Source of the DNA: an uncultured Thermotogaceae bacterium
GTDB taxonomy: Bacteria > Thermotogota > Thermotogae > MWEM01
Assembly: GCA_964580185.1 (NCBI GenBank)
Contig: CAZOJQ010000005.1
Location: forward strand, 9,691 to 73,690
Direction: 5' to 3'
Length of the DNA stretch: 64,000 bases
Shown: piece after piece, positions 38,501-45,822 of the stretch
Numbering within the stretch: position 1 is the stretch's first letter
Layout: every line of letters starts with the position of its first letter
The notes under the pieces: model-generated
What the model saw: the letters and a program-made list of their open reading frames with translations, nothing else
What the model was told of the DNA's origin: nothing
Database searches by the model: none
Position numbers and translations under genes: made by a program

Positions 38501-38931
38501 AGCCCGACTTTACGGAAGGTGCCTTTTTGAAAGCGATCAGTCATAATCGCGTATAAATCTCCTTCAGGCCCTTCCCGACCCGCATTGACCAACCCTCCTT
38601 GGGGATTGCCAAAATAGATACTCGATACTGATGGGAATAGGCGAATCTCTGATAAGAAATATTCCTTCAAAGCATCGGGGTCAGAATCGTCGATCCAGCC
38701 TTTGCCGATTGCAGTGGCATTCATCCGGATTATGTGAGAGGGAACCTCGAAAAAACGATCGATTTGCTGTTTGGTATGAGCAGAGATTTCCTCCATAAGG
38801 GGCATGACTAGATCGCTTACGGCTCTTTGCGCGCTCAAAAAAGAAATCATCCCGACCAAAGCGATGACCAAAACGATCACAAACAAGAACGGGATTGTGA
38901 GTATGGAGCGTAATGAATGGGTTCGACGCAT
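35527..38931 (-). CDS. Membrane sensor diguanylate cyclase/phosphodiesterase (dCache-HAMP-coiled coil-GAF-PAS-GGDEF-HD-GYP)
   Basis: Two TMs flank a Cache-like region ('RPWYQ...WNEPY'). GAF 'RASVWL', PAS, intact GGDEF with RxxD I-site (RETD), and HDLGK and HHEKWDGTGYP motifs. Confidence 0.92.
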   Translation of the reverse strand: MRRTHSLRSILTIPFLFVIVLVIALVGMISFLSAQRAVSDLVMPLMEEISAHTKQQIDRFFEVPSHIIRMNATAIGKGWIDDSDPDALKEYFLSEIRLFPSVSSIYFGNPQGGLVNAGREGPEGDLYAIMTDRFQKGTFRKVGLSEEGEEISLIAVVPGFDATIRPWYQNAVSAGELVWNEPYLLATGQDLAIALSMPVHDDYKQLMGVVSVDVFLSHLNHFLSNTRLGAQGKSFLMDSSGFLIATSSFEPIISMNNPDIGSMRIHALESISPQIRGAAEIVLSSLQEGRDILELEGSVVRTNGENHYLRAHGIPHVDDARWFLVTTIPESLFMGQIYQNNRSTLIFSLMALFFAAGVGFILSKAVTRPISALEQSASELANGKIPKPAIHSNIREIRHLNRSFYHMSQTLQNTIHSLNRQVELHREAEQALIEKNTEIQASQEELQAMKEQLEATNEELLSSMEQLEANNQILSESEKILQARENELIENKTRALNQRSAVVKLFLDPSIASGNMEATAKMLTEVLSSSMQVERASVWLIDEEKRELQCVDLFQKAKSKHLSGAILPMDMFPSYFQALYRDSRINAEEAQQDQRTYELAEKYLIPTGITSLLDASITSEGKIVGVVSLEHIGPKRKWHPDEESFITTAATIVSQVLAIRERRKLDEENALFVSIFESSSDLIALMDADFSLVYMNQQGKNLIGWDEEETVQGKGIRELYPDRISPSIFETALPTAFAHGVWSGESILIHKTGREIPVNQVIMCHKDENGVAQYYSTIISDTSDLVTYKEQAEFSSGHDSLTSLFNRSYFEKELNHWENKGVSPFTILSADVDGLKLINESFGHEQGNEVLKACAQILKESLRETDIIARVGGDEFAVLLPNTEEDTAKLIQKRIESTTETFNHSHPNLPISISIGMAHAQEPDRSLEELFQESENAMMRQKLHKGTSVRSHIIETLMTALGERDFITQGHAIRLSELCERLAIRIGLSQSQIDTLKLLAQVHDLGKVGIPDQILFKEGPLTKEEWEIMRLHPEKGFRIASASPDLSGIADFILKHHEKWDGTGYPLGLAREAIPLECRILAIADAFDAMTSDRPYRQALSKEVAIKEIKRSSGSQFDPNLVEVFLELMKEDPH

Positions 38932-38950
38932 ACGCCTCTCCTTATTGTGT

Positions 38951-38979
38951 TCCAAGAATCTCTGCAAAACGCAGTGCTC
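38951..38979. repeat. 29-bp direct repeat, left copy
   Basis: TCCAAGAATCTCTGCAAAACGCAGTGCTC, 27/29 identical to 39850-39878. Confidence 0.9.
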
Positions 38980-38994
38980 GATGGTTACAGAAGA

Positions 38995-39813
38995 CTATGA
39001 CTCAGTAACTCTTACAAGCCACTCCCTAACTAACGCTTTGAATAGGTCTTCTTGCTCAATCTGTAGATTATGTCCTGCGCGATCCAATACGCAAAAGGTG
39101 GCTCTTGGATAGGCATCCAAAATTCTCCATGCATCTTTATACCCTACGCTTGAATCTTGGCGCCCCATAAGAATGAGAGTAGGTTTCTGATACTTTTCCT
39201 CTAACTTATCTACATCAAATGAAAACGCATAACCATTGTTTTTAAGATTACTTAAAAACCTTTCATCTGCAATTTTTAATCCGCATAATATTTCATTTTT
39301 ATATCTCTTCCATGTTCTTTCATTTTGAACGACAGCAATATCATCAAAATCTTCCGCATCAATTGGATTGATTTGCTGCAATAAGGAATCATCTTTTTTC
39401 AAAACAATATGTGGGGGAATATTCCGTTTTCGAACATCTGCTATAATACACGGACATAACAGTAATAACCCATCAACCCAGTCTCCCATTTTGTAAACGA
39501 TCCCCCGTGCTAAATATCCTCCATATGATTCACCAGCAAGTAAGAACGTTTTATTTGGAATAATTTCATGAACAAAGTCAATCACAATATCAAGCATTGT
39601 ATCCGAATTTTTAATCCATTCTTCTGCTTTTGTTTTACCCATACCTGGTAAATCCATATATATTCTTTTATATTCTTTGTTGCCTTGTAATACTGGCTCA
39701 AAACAACCGGCCATTAATCTGTGGTCAGGATAGCAACCATGAAGCATAATAATCGGCTTGCCTTCACCATAAATTTCATAATTTATATCTAAGTTTTTTA
39801 TTTTACACTTCAT
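38995..39813 (-). CDS. Alpha/beta-hydrolase, low-GC (probably horizontally acquired)
   Basis: GESYGG nucleophile motif and AGHNLQ. RBS GAGGAGGA. Visibly AT-rich relative to its neighbours. Confidence 0.9.
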   Translation of the reverse strand: MKCKIKNLDINYEIYGEGKPIIMLHGCYPDHRLMAGCFEPVLQGNKEYKRIYMDLPGMGKTKAEEWIKNSDTMLDIVIDFVHEIIPNKTFLLAGESYGGYLARGIVYKMGDWVDGLLLLCPCIIADVRKRNIPPHIVLKKDDSLLQQINPIDAEDFDDIAVVQNERTWKRYKNEILCGLKIADERFLSNLKNNGYAFSFDVDKLEEKYQKPTLILMGRQDSSVGYKDAWRILDAYPRATFCVLDRAGHNLQIEQEDLFKALVREWLVRVTES

Positions 39814-39849
39814 TATATCCTCCTCGGATCCCGCTCCGATCATGATTGC

Positions 39850-39878
39850 TCCGAGAATCTCTTCAAAACGCAGTGCTC
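39850..39878. repeat. 29-bp direct repeat, right copy
   Basis: TCCGAGAATCTCTTCAAAACGCAGTGCTC, 899 bp from the left copy and in the same orientation. Confidence 0.9.
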
Positions 39879-39887
39879 AAATGGGTT

Positions 39888-41132
39888 TCAATAATGAATC
39901 AATGGTTTTGGACGCAACCGGGCCAACCAAGCGATCAGATTGTCAGGGATTCTTCGTAACCGCGTATTATAAAATGTTGCGATATCATTGTAATAAGAAC
40001 GAGCCAACTGAATCCGATCTTCGGTGTCGATCATCGCTTTTTGCAGGTTCATCACAGAATCGCTGGATTTCAGTTCGGGGTAATTTTCAACCATTGCAAT
40101 TAGCGCCTTCTCTGTCTGTACCGGGCTTTGCACTGCTTCAGCCCTCAATTCTCCGAGGCGGTTCTGGACCGCTTGTTCATGGTTCATCAACCCTCGGATC
40201 ACCGAAACCAATGCAGGAATGAGGTCGGACCGTCTTTGCAGTTGAATTTTGACTTGGGATTCTGCTTGGCGGACTTTTTCATGCAGCCCTTTCAATCCAT
40301 TATACTCTTTCCATAGGTAACCAACGAGCCAAAAACTCGTATAGATCATTGCGGTCCAAAGGTAAAATCGACCATAATTGGGTGGTAAAGGATAGATCAT
40401 CAATTCCCCAAACCAAACAACCAGTTCAGCGATGGCAAGACCGAGAATCGTGAACACCCAGAAATAGATCCCGTAAGCCCGGCTGATCTTTTTTTCGTCT
40501 TTTGATGAGATCAAAAAAATCGGAGCTTTTTTATCGGAAGCAATTTCGGGAGCCACAATATCTTCTCGCTCCCGCGACTGCCCAATGACGTAAAGTTGAC
40601 GATCGATCGGGATGATGGTTTCGAAAAACTTCCTGCGGTGTGTGGAATCCGGTATCTCTAGCGAAGGACCTTTTCCAAAGTACAACGGATCCTTCCAACC
40701 ACAGATAGTGTTCATGACAAGCTCGCCATCAAATGTAGCCCCTTCCGGACGAACTTGGATCGATCCCGTATCATCACAGAGATCAAAACGGACATTTTTT
40801 TGTCCTCCGGCAACCTCTTTCCATCCGCTTTCTACCTTTGTTCGGGTCTGTGTGTTTCCCTTGGCATCTTTATAGGTTTCTGTTCGGGTTCGCCTCCATT
40901 GTTCCTGAATCCGCCAACGATACTGGACGCATTCTGTTTCAGTCAGATGGCTTATAAGAGGCGAGGGGCAATGAACCGTCCCCGAAACCTCTACCAAACC
41001 AATAAATACCCCTTTGGTCTTTGAGGTGGGTGTATCATCAATTAGACGTTTTTTCTTCAAATTAGACATGGCAAACAGAAGAAACAAAACGCCCAATCCC
41101 ATCCCAACTCCGAAATAGACGAGTACCCCCAT
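39888..41132 (-). CDS. Membrane protein: GIDE-like soluble domain fused to a C-terminal LemA domain
   Basis: N-terminal TM; 'LIDDTPTSKTKGVFIGLVEVSG...FDLCDDTGSIQVRPEGA' (GIDE-like); two TMs; LemA block 'QLQRRSDLIPALV...ENYPELKS...EDRIQLARSYYND...YNTR'. Confidence 0.8.
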   Translation of the reverse strand: MGVLVYFGVGMGLGVLFLLFAMSNLKKKRLIDDTPTSKTKGVFIGLVEVSGTVHCPSPLISHLTETECVQYRWRIQEQWRRTRTETYKDAKGNTQTRTKVESGWKEVAGGQKNVRFDLCDDTGSIQVRPEGATFDGELVMNTICGWKDPLYFGKGPSLEIPDSTHRRKFFETIIPIDRQLYVIGQSREREDIVAPEIASDKKAPIFLISSKDEKKISRAYGIYFWVFTILGLAIAELVVWFGELMIYPLPPNYGRFYLWTAMIYTSFWLVGYLWKEYNGLKGLHEKVRQAESQVKIQLQRRSDLIPALVSVIRGLMNHEQAVQNRLGELRAEAVQSPVQTEKALIAMVENYPELKSSDSVMNLQKAMIDTEDRIQLARSYYNDIATFYNTRLRRIPDNLIAWLARLRPKPLIHY

Positions 41133-41148
41133 TGGATGTCTCCTTCCC

Positions 41149-42201
41149 TTACAACAATACCGATGCGATTTGCTTCCGCGTTACGCTTTCCATATCTCCA
41201 CCTGAAAAAAAAGCCCGATACCATTGAAGAGTCTTTTCCAGACTTTGCTCAATAGACCATCTCGGGCGCCAAGGGAGGGAACCCAATGCTTTGGAAATAT
41301 CGAGGCGCAATTGAGGGGCTTCAAAGGGTTGTTTCTTTTGTTCCACTTCATAATGACCCGTTCCCCAAATGTGAATCGCCCTCTGAACAATCGCTTCCAC
41401 CGAAATTGCATCATCATGCTTCGGACCAAAATTCCAAGCTTGCGCATATGCCTGTCCATCCTCGTACAAGGCTTTTCCCAGAAAGAGATATCCCGATAGA
41501 GCATCCAATACATGCTGCCATGGTCTGGTGGCATGAGGGTTCCGAAGCCTTATGGGTTTATCGACTGACAGGCTACGGACAATATCGGGAATCAGTCGAT
41601 CTGGGGCCCAATCGCCCCCTCCGATTACATTTCCCGCTCGAGCGCTCGCAACGGCTGTGTCGGTATCCTGAAAATAGGAACAACGATAAGCCGTGGTAAC
41701 CAACTCGCTGCATGCTTTGCTCGAACTGTACGGATCATGCCCACCCAGCGGATCGGTTTCTCGGTATCCCCATAGTTGATTTTGGTTTTCATAACACTTA
41801 TCGGAGGTAATGTTGACAATTGCGCGGATGGCCGGATGGGATCGGATCGAATCAAGAAGGTTGACCGTTCCCATGATGTTGGTTTCAAAGGTAGTTTTTG
41901 GCTGTTGATATGACAGACGAACGATGGGTTGAGCGGCGAGATGGAAAACCAGATCCGGTCGAAAGGAGTGAATGGCAGCATTCAATCGATCCCCATCCCG
42001 AATGTCGTCAATCCTATGATTCATTTGCTTATCAAGCGAAAGGGTTTCAAAAATGCTAGGTTGAGTATTGGGATCTAGGGCGTAACCCATAACATCCGCC
42101 CCCATCGATAGGAGCCACATGCTAAGCCACGTCCCTTTGAATCCGGTATGACCCGTAACAAAGACGCGTTTTCCTGCATAGAACGAGGCAAGGGTACTCA
42201 T
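41149..42201 (-). CDS. rfbG: CDP-glucose 4,6-dehydratase
   Basis: 'VTGHTGFKGTWL', 'HLAAQPIVR', 'TSDKCYEN', 'DPYSSSKAC', 'ARAGNVIGGGDWA' and 'RPWQHVL'. Confidence 0.96.
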   Translation of the reverse strand: MSTLASFYAGKRVFVTGHTGFKGTWLSMWLLSMGADVMGYALDPNTQPSIFETLSLDKQMNHRIDDIRDGDRLNAAIHSFRPDLVFHLAAQPIVRLSYQQPKTTFETNIMGTVNLLDSIRSHPAIRAIVNITSDKCYENQNQLWGYRETDPLGGHDPYSSSKACSELVTTAYRCSYFQDTDTAVASARAGNVIGGGDWAPDRLIPDIVRSLSVDKPIRLRNPHATRPWQHVLDALSGYLFLGKALYEDGQAYAQAWNFGPKHDDAISVEAIVQRAIHIWGTGHYEVEQKKQPFEAPQLRLDISKALGSLPWRPRWSIEQSLEKTLQWYRAFFSGGDMESVTRKQIASVLL

Positions 42202-42752
42202 TGGCAGTCTTCCTTTCGAAAGGGGCTTTCAAACGCTTCAAACGGCGGAAAGCTTTGATCCCTCTCCGATATGATCGGTTCAGCGACATCCCAGGAATAC
42301 CCGAAAGAGTTCCAAAGAATCCCCGTATCGTGCGCCGGCGAATGGACCGATGTGGTCAGATAACAGACGAGGGTCTCCGGCTCCAGCGATAGGAACCCAT
42401 GGGCCATTCCGGCCGGGATATATACTGCTTTTCGGTTTGATTCGGATAATTCAATTGCAAAAAAAGAACCATAGGTCTTGTAATCGTTTCTGAGATCAAG
42501 AACAACATCTGTGATCGAACCCGTTAGGACAAAAACCAGTTTGTCGTGATGAAAAGGAGGGAGCTGAAAATGCATGCCTCGAATCGTGTTTGGACCCGAT
42601 TTTGAGGCAAAAAATTCGTGGAATTCCGGACGGATTCCCTGTTCATGGAATACCCCCGAATGATACGTCTTTGTAAAGGACCCGCGGGGGTCGCTCGAAT
42701 AAAAGGTTTCGATCACAACCAAACCATCGAACTCTGTTTGCATACATTTCAT
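42198..42752 (-). CDS. RmlC-like NDP-4-keto-sugar epimerase (dTDP-4-dehydrorhamnose 3,5-epimerase family; AscE-like by context)
   Basis: 'DPRGSFTK', 'IRGMHFQ', 'KLVFVLTGSITDVVLDLR' and 'GMAHGF'. Start reset to ATG 42752. Confidence 0.88.
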   Translation of the reverse strand: MKCMQTEFDGLVVIETFYSSDPRGSFTKTYHSGVFHEQGIRPEFHEFFASKSGPNTIRGMHFQLPPFHHDKLVFVLTGSITDVVLDLRNDYKTYGSFFAIELSESNRKAVYIPAGMAHGFLSLEPETLVCYLTTSVHSPAHDTGILWNSFGYSWDVAEPIISERDQSFPPFEAFESPFRKEDCQ

Positions 42753-43699
42753 ATGAATCCATCGCCTTTCTGTCGTGCGGCGGATTGCGTCCAATCGATA
42801 GTCCTTCGCAAAGCCTCCGCAAAGGATACACGGGATTGCCAACCAAGAATCGAATTGGCTTTCGTAGGGTTTGCGCATGCATAAGCGATCTCCTTTGGGG
42901 CATCGGATCCCCAAGATACAGCCACTGGTTTGCGCACTACACTTTCAATGGCAGAAGCGATCTGCCTCAGCGAATGGGTTTCACCCGTGCCGATATTGAA
43001 TGTGTGATAAGAGCCATCCAAAGTAGAGATTTTTTTTGTTGCCATCAAAAAGGCGTTTGCCACATCTTCACTGTACACATAATCCCACTGTTGGGTACCC
43101 GAAGAATGGACTTCGATCATTTCGCCTGAAATGGCAGCTTGGATCATCGAAGGGATGATTTTCCCTTGTCGGTCATACGGTCCAAACGGCGCAAACAGCT
43201 TGAGTGTCATGGCAATGATTCCATAATGGATGGTATAATACTTGAGAATCTCTTCGAAAGATGCTTTCGTGCTTGCGTACAAATTATACGCCCGTTTGGG
43301 ATGTGTTTCATCGATTTTGCTTCTCCCTTGAAGATCATACTCGAAAAAGGTGCCGGTATTAATGAAAAAACGGGTTCGACTACTAGCCATAGCTTGCAAA
43401 AGGAGGGCGGGAAATTCGATATTGGCTCGAATCATCCTCTTTGTATCTTCATCGGAATGTTGTTTCACATAGTCAGTGGCCAGGTGGATCACCAGATCGA
43501 TCTCTTTGTCCAAAAACAAACGGTCCAGTGTTGTTTTTCCTTCAACTACTGTTTCCCAGTGGTCAGCGGGAAAATGATCCAAAAACGCAGTCTTCGATGC
43601 AGGGCGAACATAAAGAATGACATGATGGGTTTCCCTGATCAAGGCTGGCACGAGGGTTTTTCCCAAAAAACCGGTACCCCCAGTGAGCAATATGGTCAT
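42749..43699 (-). CDS. NAD(P)-dependent epimerase/reductase (CDP-3,6-dideoxy-4-hexulose 4-reductase-like)
   Basis: TGGTGFLG and YxxxK (YASTK), 'INTGTFFEY', 'WDYVYSEDV'. ATGA overlap with rfbF. Confidence 0.85.
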   Translation of the reverse strand: MTILLTGGTGFLGKTLVPALIRETHHVILYVRPASKTAFLDHFPADHWETVVEGKTTLDRLFLDKEIDLVIHLATDYVKQHSDEDTKRMIRANIEFPALLLQAMASSRTRFFINTGTFFEYDLQGRSKIDETHPKRAYNLYASTKASFEEILKYYTIHYGIIAMTLKLFAPFGPYDRQGKIIPSMIQAAISGEMIEVHSSGTQQWDYVYSEDVANAFLMATKKISTLDGSYHTFNIGTGETHSLRQIASAIESVVRKPVAVSWGSDAPKEIAYACANPTKANSILGWQSRVSFAEALRRTIDWTQSAARQKGDGFI

Positions 43700-44469
43700 G
43701 ACCAAACGTTCCAAGGAGCTTTTTTGATTTCCCAAAGCCGTTCCAGTTCGTTTTTGTCACGCAAGGTATCCATCGGCTTCCAAAACCCCTCGTGCCGATA
43801 CGCGACCAGTTGGCCTTCCTTGGCCAGCTGTTCCATGGGCGCCCGTTCCCAAATGGATTGATCGGAATCAATCAATGAGAAAACGGAAGGTTCTAGGACA
43901 AAAAAACCGCCATTGATCCACGATCCATCACCTGCCGGTTTTTCGACAAATTCATCAACTGAGCCCGTATCATCGATCCGTAATGATCCAAAGCGTCCCA
44001 TGGGTTTGACCGCTGTTACGGTAGCCGCTTTTCCATGAGCTTTGTGGAATTGAAGCAGTTGATCGATGGCAATATCACCCACTCCATCCCCATAAGTGAG
44101 CATGAATGGTTCATCCCCCACAAAACTTTGGATCCGTTTTATTCGACCACCAGTATTCGTGTACAGTCCTGTATCCACCAAAGTAACCTTCCAGGGATCG
44201 CTCTTCGAGTTATGGATGGCTGTGGATCCACAGGATAGATCGACGGTAATATCGCTCATGTGTTCGAAATAGTGAAGAAAGTACTCCTTAATAACATATC
44301 CCATATACCCAAGGCAAATCACATATTCGTGAAACCCATAGTGCCCATACAGTTTCATAATGTGCCAAAGAATCGGTTTTCCTCCGATTTCCACCATGGG
44401 TTTGGGTTTTCGTTCCGTTTCTTCACTCAGGCGGGTACCAAACCCTCCTGCCAATAGGACAACCTTCAA
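43696..44469 (-). CDS. rfbF: Glucose-1-phosphate cytidylyltransferase
   Basis: 'LAGGFGTRLSEET..KPKPMVEIGG', 'VDTG..TNTGGR', 'LTYGDG' and 'GFWKPMDTLRD'. Confidence 0.96.
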   Translation of the reverse strand: MKVVLLAGGFGTRLSEETERKPKPMVEIGGKPILWHIMKLYGHYGFHEYVICLGYMGYVIKEYFLHYFEHMSDITVDLSCGSTAIHNSKSDPWKVTLVDTGLYTNTGGRIKRIQSFVGDEPFMLTYGDGVGDIAIDQLLQFHKAHGKAATVTAVKPMGRFGSLRIDDTGSVDEFVEKPAGDGSWINGGFFVLEPSVFSLIDSDQSIWERAPMEQLAKEGQLVAYRHEGFWKPMDTLRDKNELERLWEIKKAPWNVWS

Positions 44470-45815
44470 TTTGCTCCCTCCCTTTTTGCAGAGATGGTTT
44501 TGTGTTGGCGAATGGGTTTTTCTGCAAATGCTTTGATAGTATCCACCATATAATCGACCATTTCATCGGTGATTCCCGGATATACTCCAATGAAGAAGGT
44601 ATCATTCATGATTGCATCGGTGTTTTTTAGATTCCCGAATACGCGATACTTGGTTTCCTGATAGGCAGGCTGACGCGTCAGATTGCCGCCAAACAGCATA
44701 CGGGTCATGATCATGTTGGCTTCCAGATGCGAGACAAGGTCATTCCGAGAAAACGGGGCCTGTGGTTTTACCGTAATCGGAAATGCAAACCAAGAAGGAT
44801 CGGAATGGGGTGTGGGCATAGGCAGAACAAGCTGGTCAGATAGAGAATGAAGTCCGTCCCTCATCCGTTGAAAGTTGTGTTTCCGTCTTTCGATAAACCA
44901 TGGAAGCTTTTTGAGTTGGGCAAGACCAATGGCGGCTTGGAAGTCAGTTATTTTCAGATTATACCCTACATGCGAGTACACATACTTATGGTCATACCCA
45001 AAAGGAAGAGTACCATGCTGTTGGGTAAACCGTTGACCGCAGCTGTTGGAGGCCCCCGGATCACAGAAACAATCCCGTCCCCAATCCCGGAAGGACCGGA
45101 CGAGCTTTTCCCATTCAGAGGAACGGGTCAGGACTGCACCGCCTTCTCCCATGGTCATATGATGCGCAGGAAAAAAGCTAACGGTTGCCATTTCCCCAAA
45201 AGTTCCCACGAGCTTGTCTCGAAAGGCGCTTCCCACAGCATCACAGCAATCTTCGATCAGAAAGAGGCCATATCGATTCGCCAAGGCGCCAATTCCATCA
45301 AGGTCGAATGGATTACCCAGCGTATGAGCAAGGATGATGGCTTTTGTTCGGGGTGTGATGGCTCCCTCTACTTCTTCAACAATTGCGTTGTATGTTCCAA
45401 TATCAACATCCACAAAGACAGGAGTTAACTGATTCTGGATGATGGGATTGACCGTGGTGGGAAACCCCGCAGCAACCGTAATCACTTCATCGCCAGGTTT
45501 GGCACGGCGATGCCCGAGAAGCGGGGAGGTAATGGCTGAAAGGGCCAGCAAATTTGCTGATGACCCCGAATTGGTAAGCAAACAACTCTTCAAGCCAAAA
45601 AAATCTGCAAATGAAGTCTCAAAAGCATCGGAGAATCGCCCAGAAGTAAACCACCCATCCAATGCTGCTTCGGTTGCATTGGTGATTTCTTCTTCATCAA
45701 TGACTCGTGCTGCAAAAGGAATGGGCGTCATTCCGGGGATGAACTCCTTTTTCGGTTGAGATTGAGCATACGCTTGTACGGAACGGAGAATCGATTCTCT
45801 TGAATTCATACCCAC
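44466..45815 (-). CDS. rfbH: CDP-4-keto-6-deoxy-D-glucose 3-dehydrase (E1, DdhC/RfbH)
   Basis: NSGSSANL, EDCCD, SFFPAHHMTMGEGG (His in place of the aminotransferase Lys), Fe-S motif GRDCFC...NSCG, and YDHKY. Confidence 0.95.
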   Translation of the reverse strand: MGMNSRESILRSVQAYAQSQPKKEFIPGMTPIPFAARVIDEEEITNATEAALDGWFTSGRFSDAFETSFADFFGLKSCLLTNSGSSANLLALSAITSPLLGHRRAKPGDEVITVAAGFPTTVNPIIQNQLTPVFVDVDIGTYNAIVEEVEGAITPRTKAIILAHTLGNPFDLDGIGALANRYGLFLIEDCCDAVGSAFRDKLVGTFGEMATVSFFPAHHMTMGEGGAVLTRSSEWEKLVRSFRDWGRDCFCDPGASNSCGQRFTQQHGTLPFGYDHKYVYSHVGYNLKITDFQAAIGLAQLKKLPWFIERRKHNFQRMRDGLHSLSDQLVLPMPTPHSDPSWFAFPITVKPQAPFSRNDLVSHLEANMIMTRMLFGGNLTRQPAYQETKYRVFGNLKNTDAIMNDTFFIGVYPGITDEMVDYMVDTIKAFAEKPIRQHKTISAKREGAN

Positions 45816-45822
45816 CTCCGGT

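Noticed and set aside
38951-39878. Canonical integron attC sites or a CRISPR mini-array
   Set aside because: No RYYYAAC/GTTRRRY boxes or long hairpin, only two copies 899 bp apart enclosing a full gene, and no intI or cas gene in the window.
39888-41132. Functional E3 ubiquitin ligase
   Set aside because: Only the GIDE-like domain is present, with no RING or other catalytic ligase motif.
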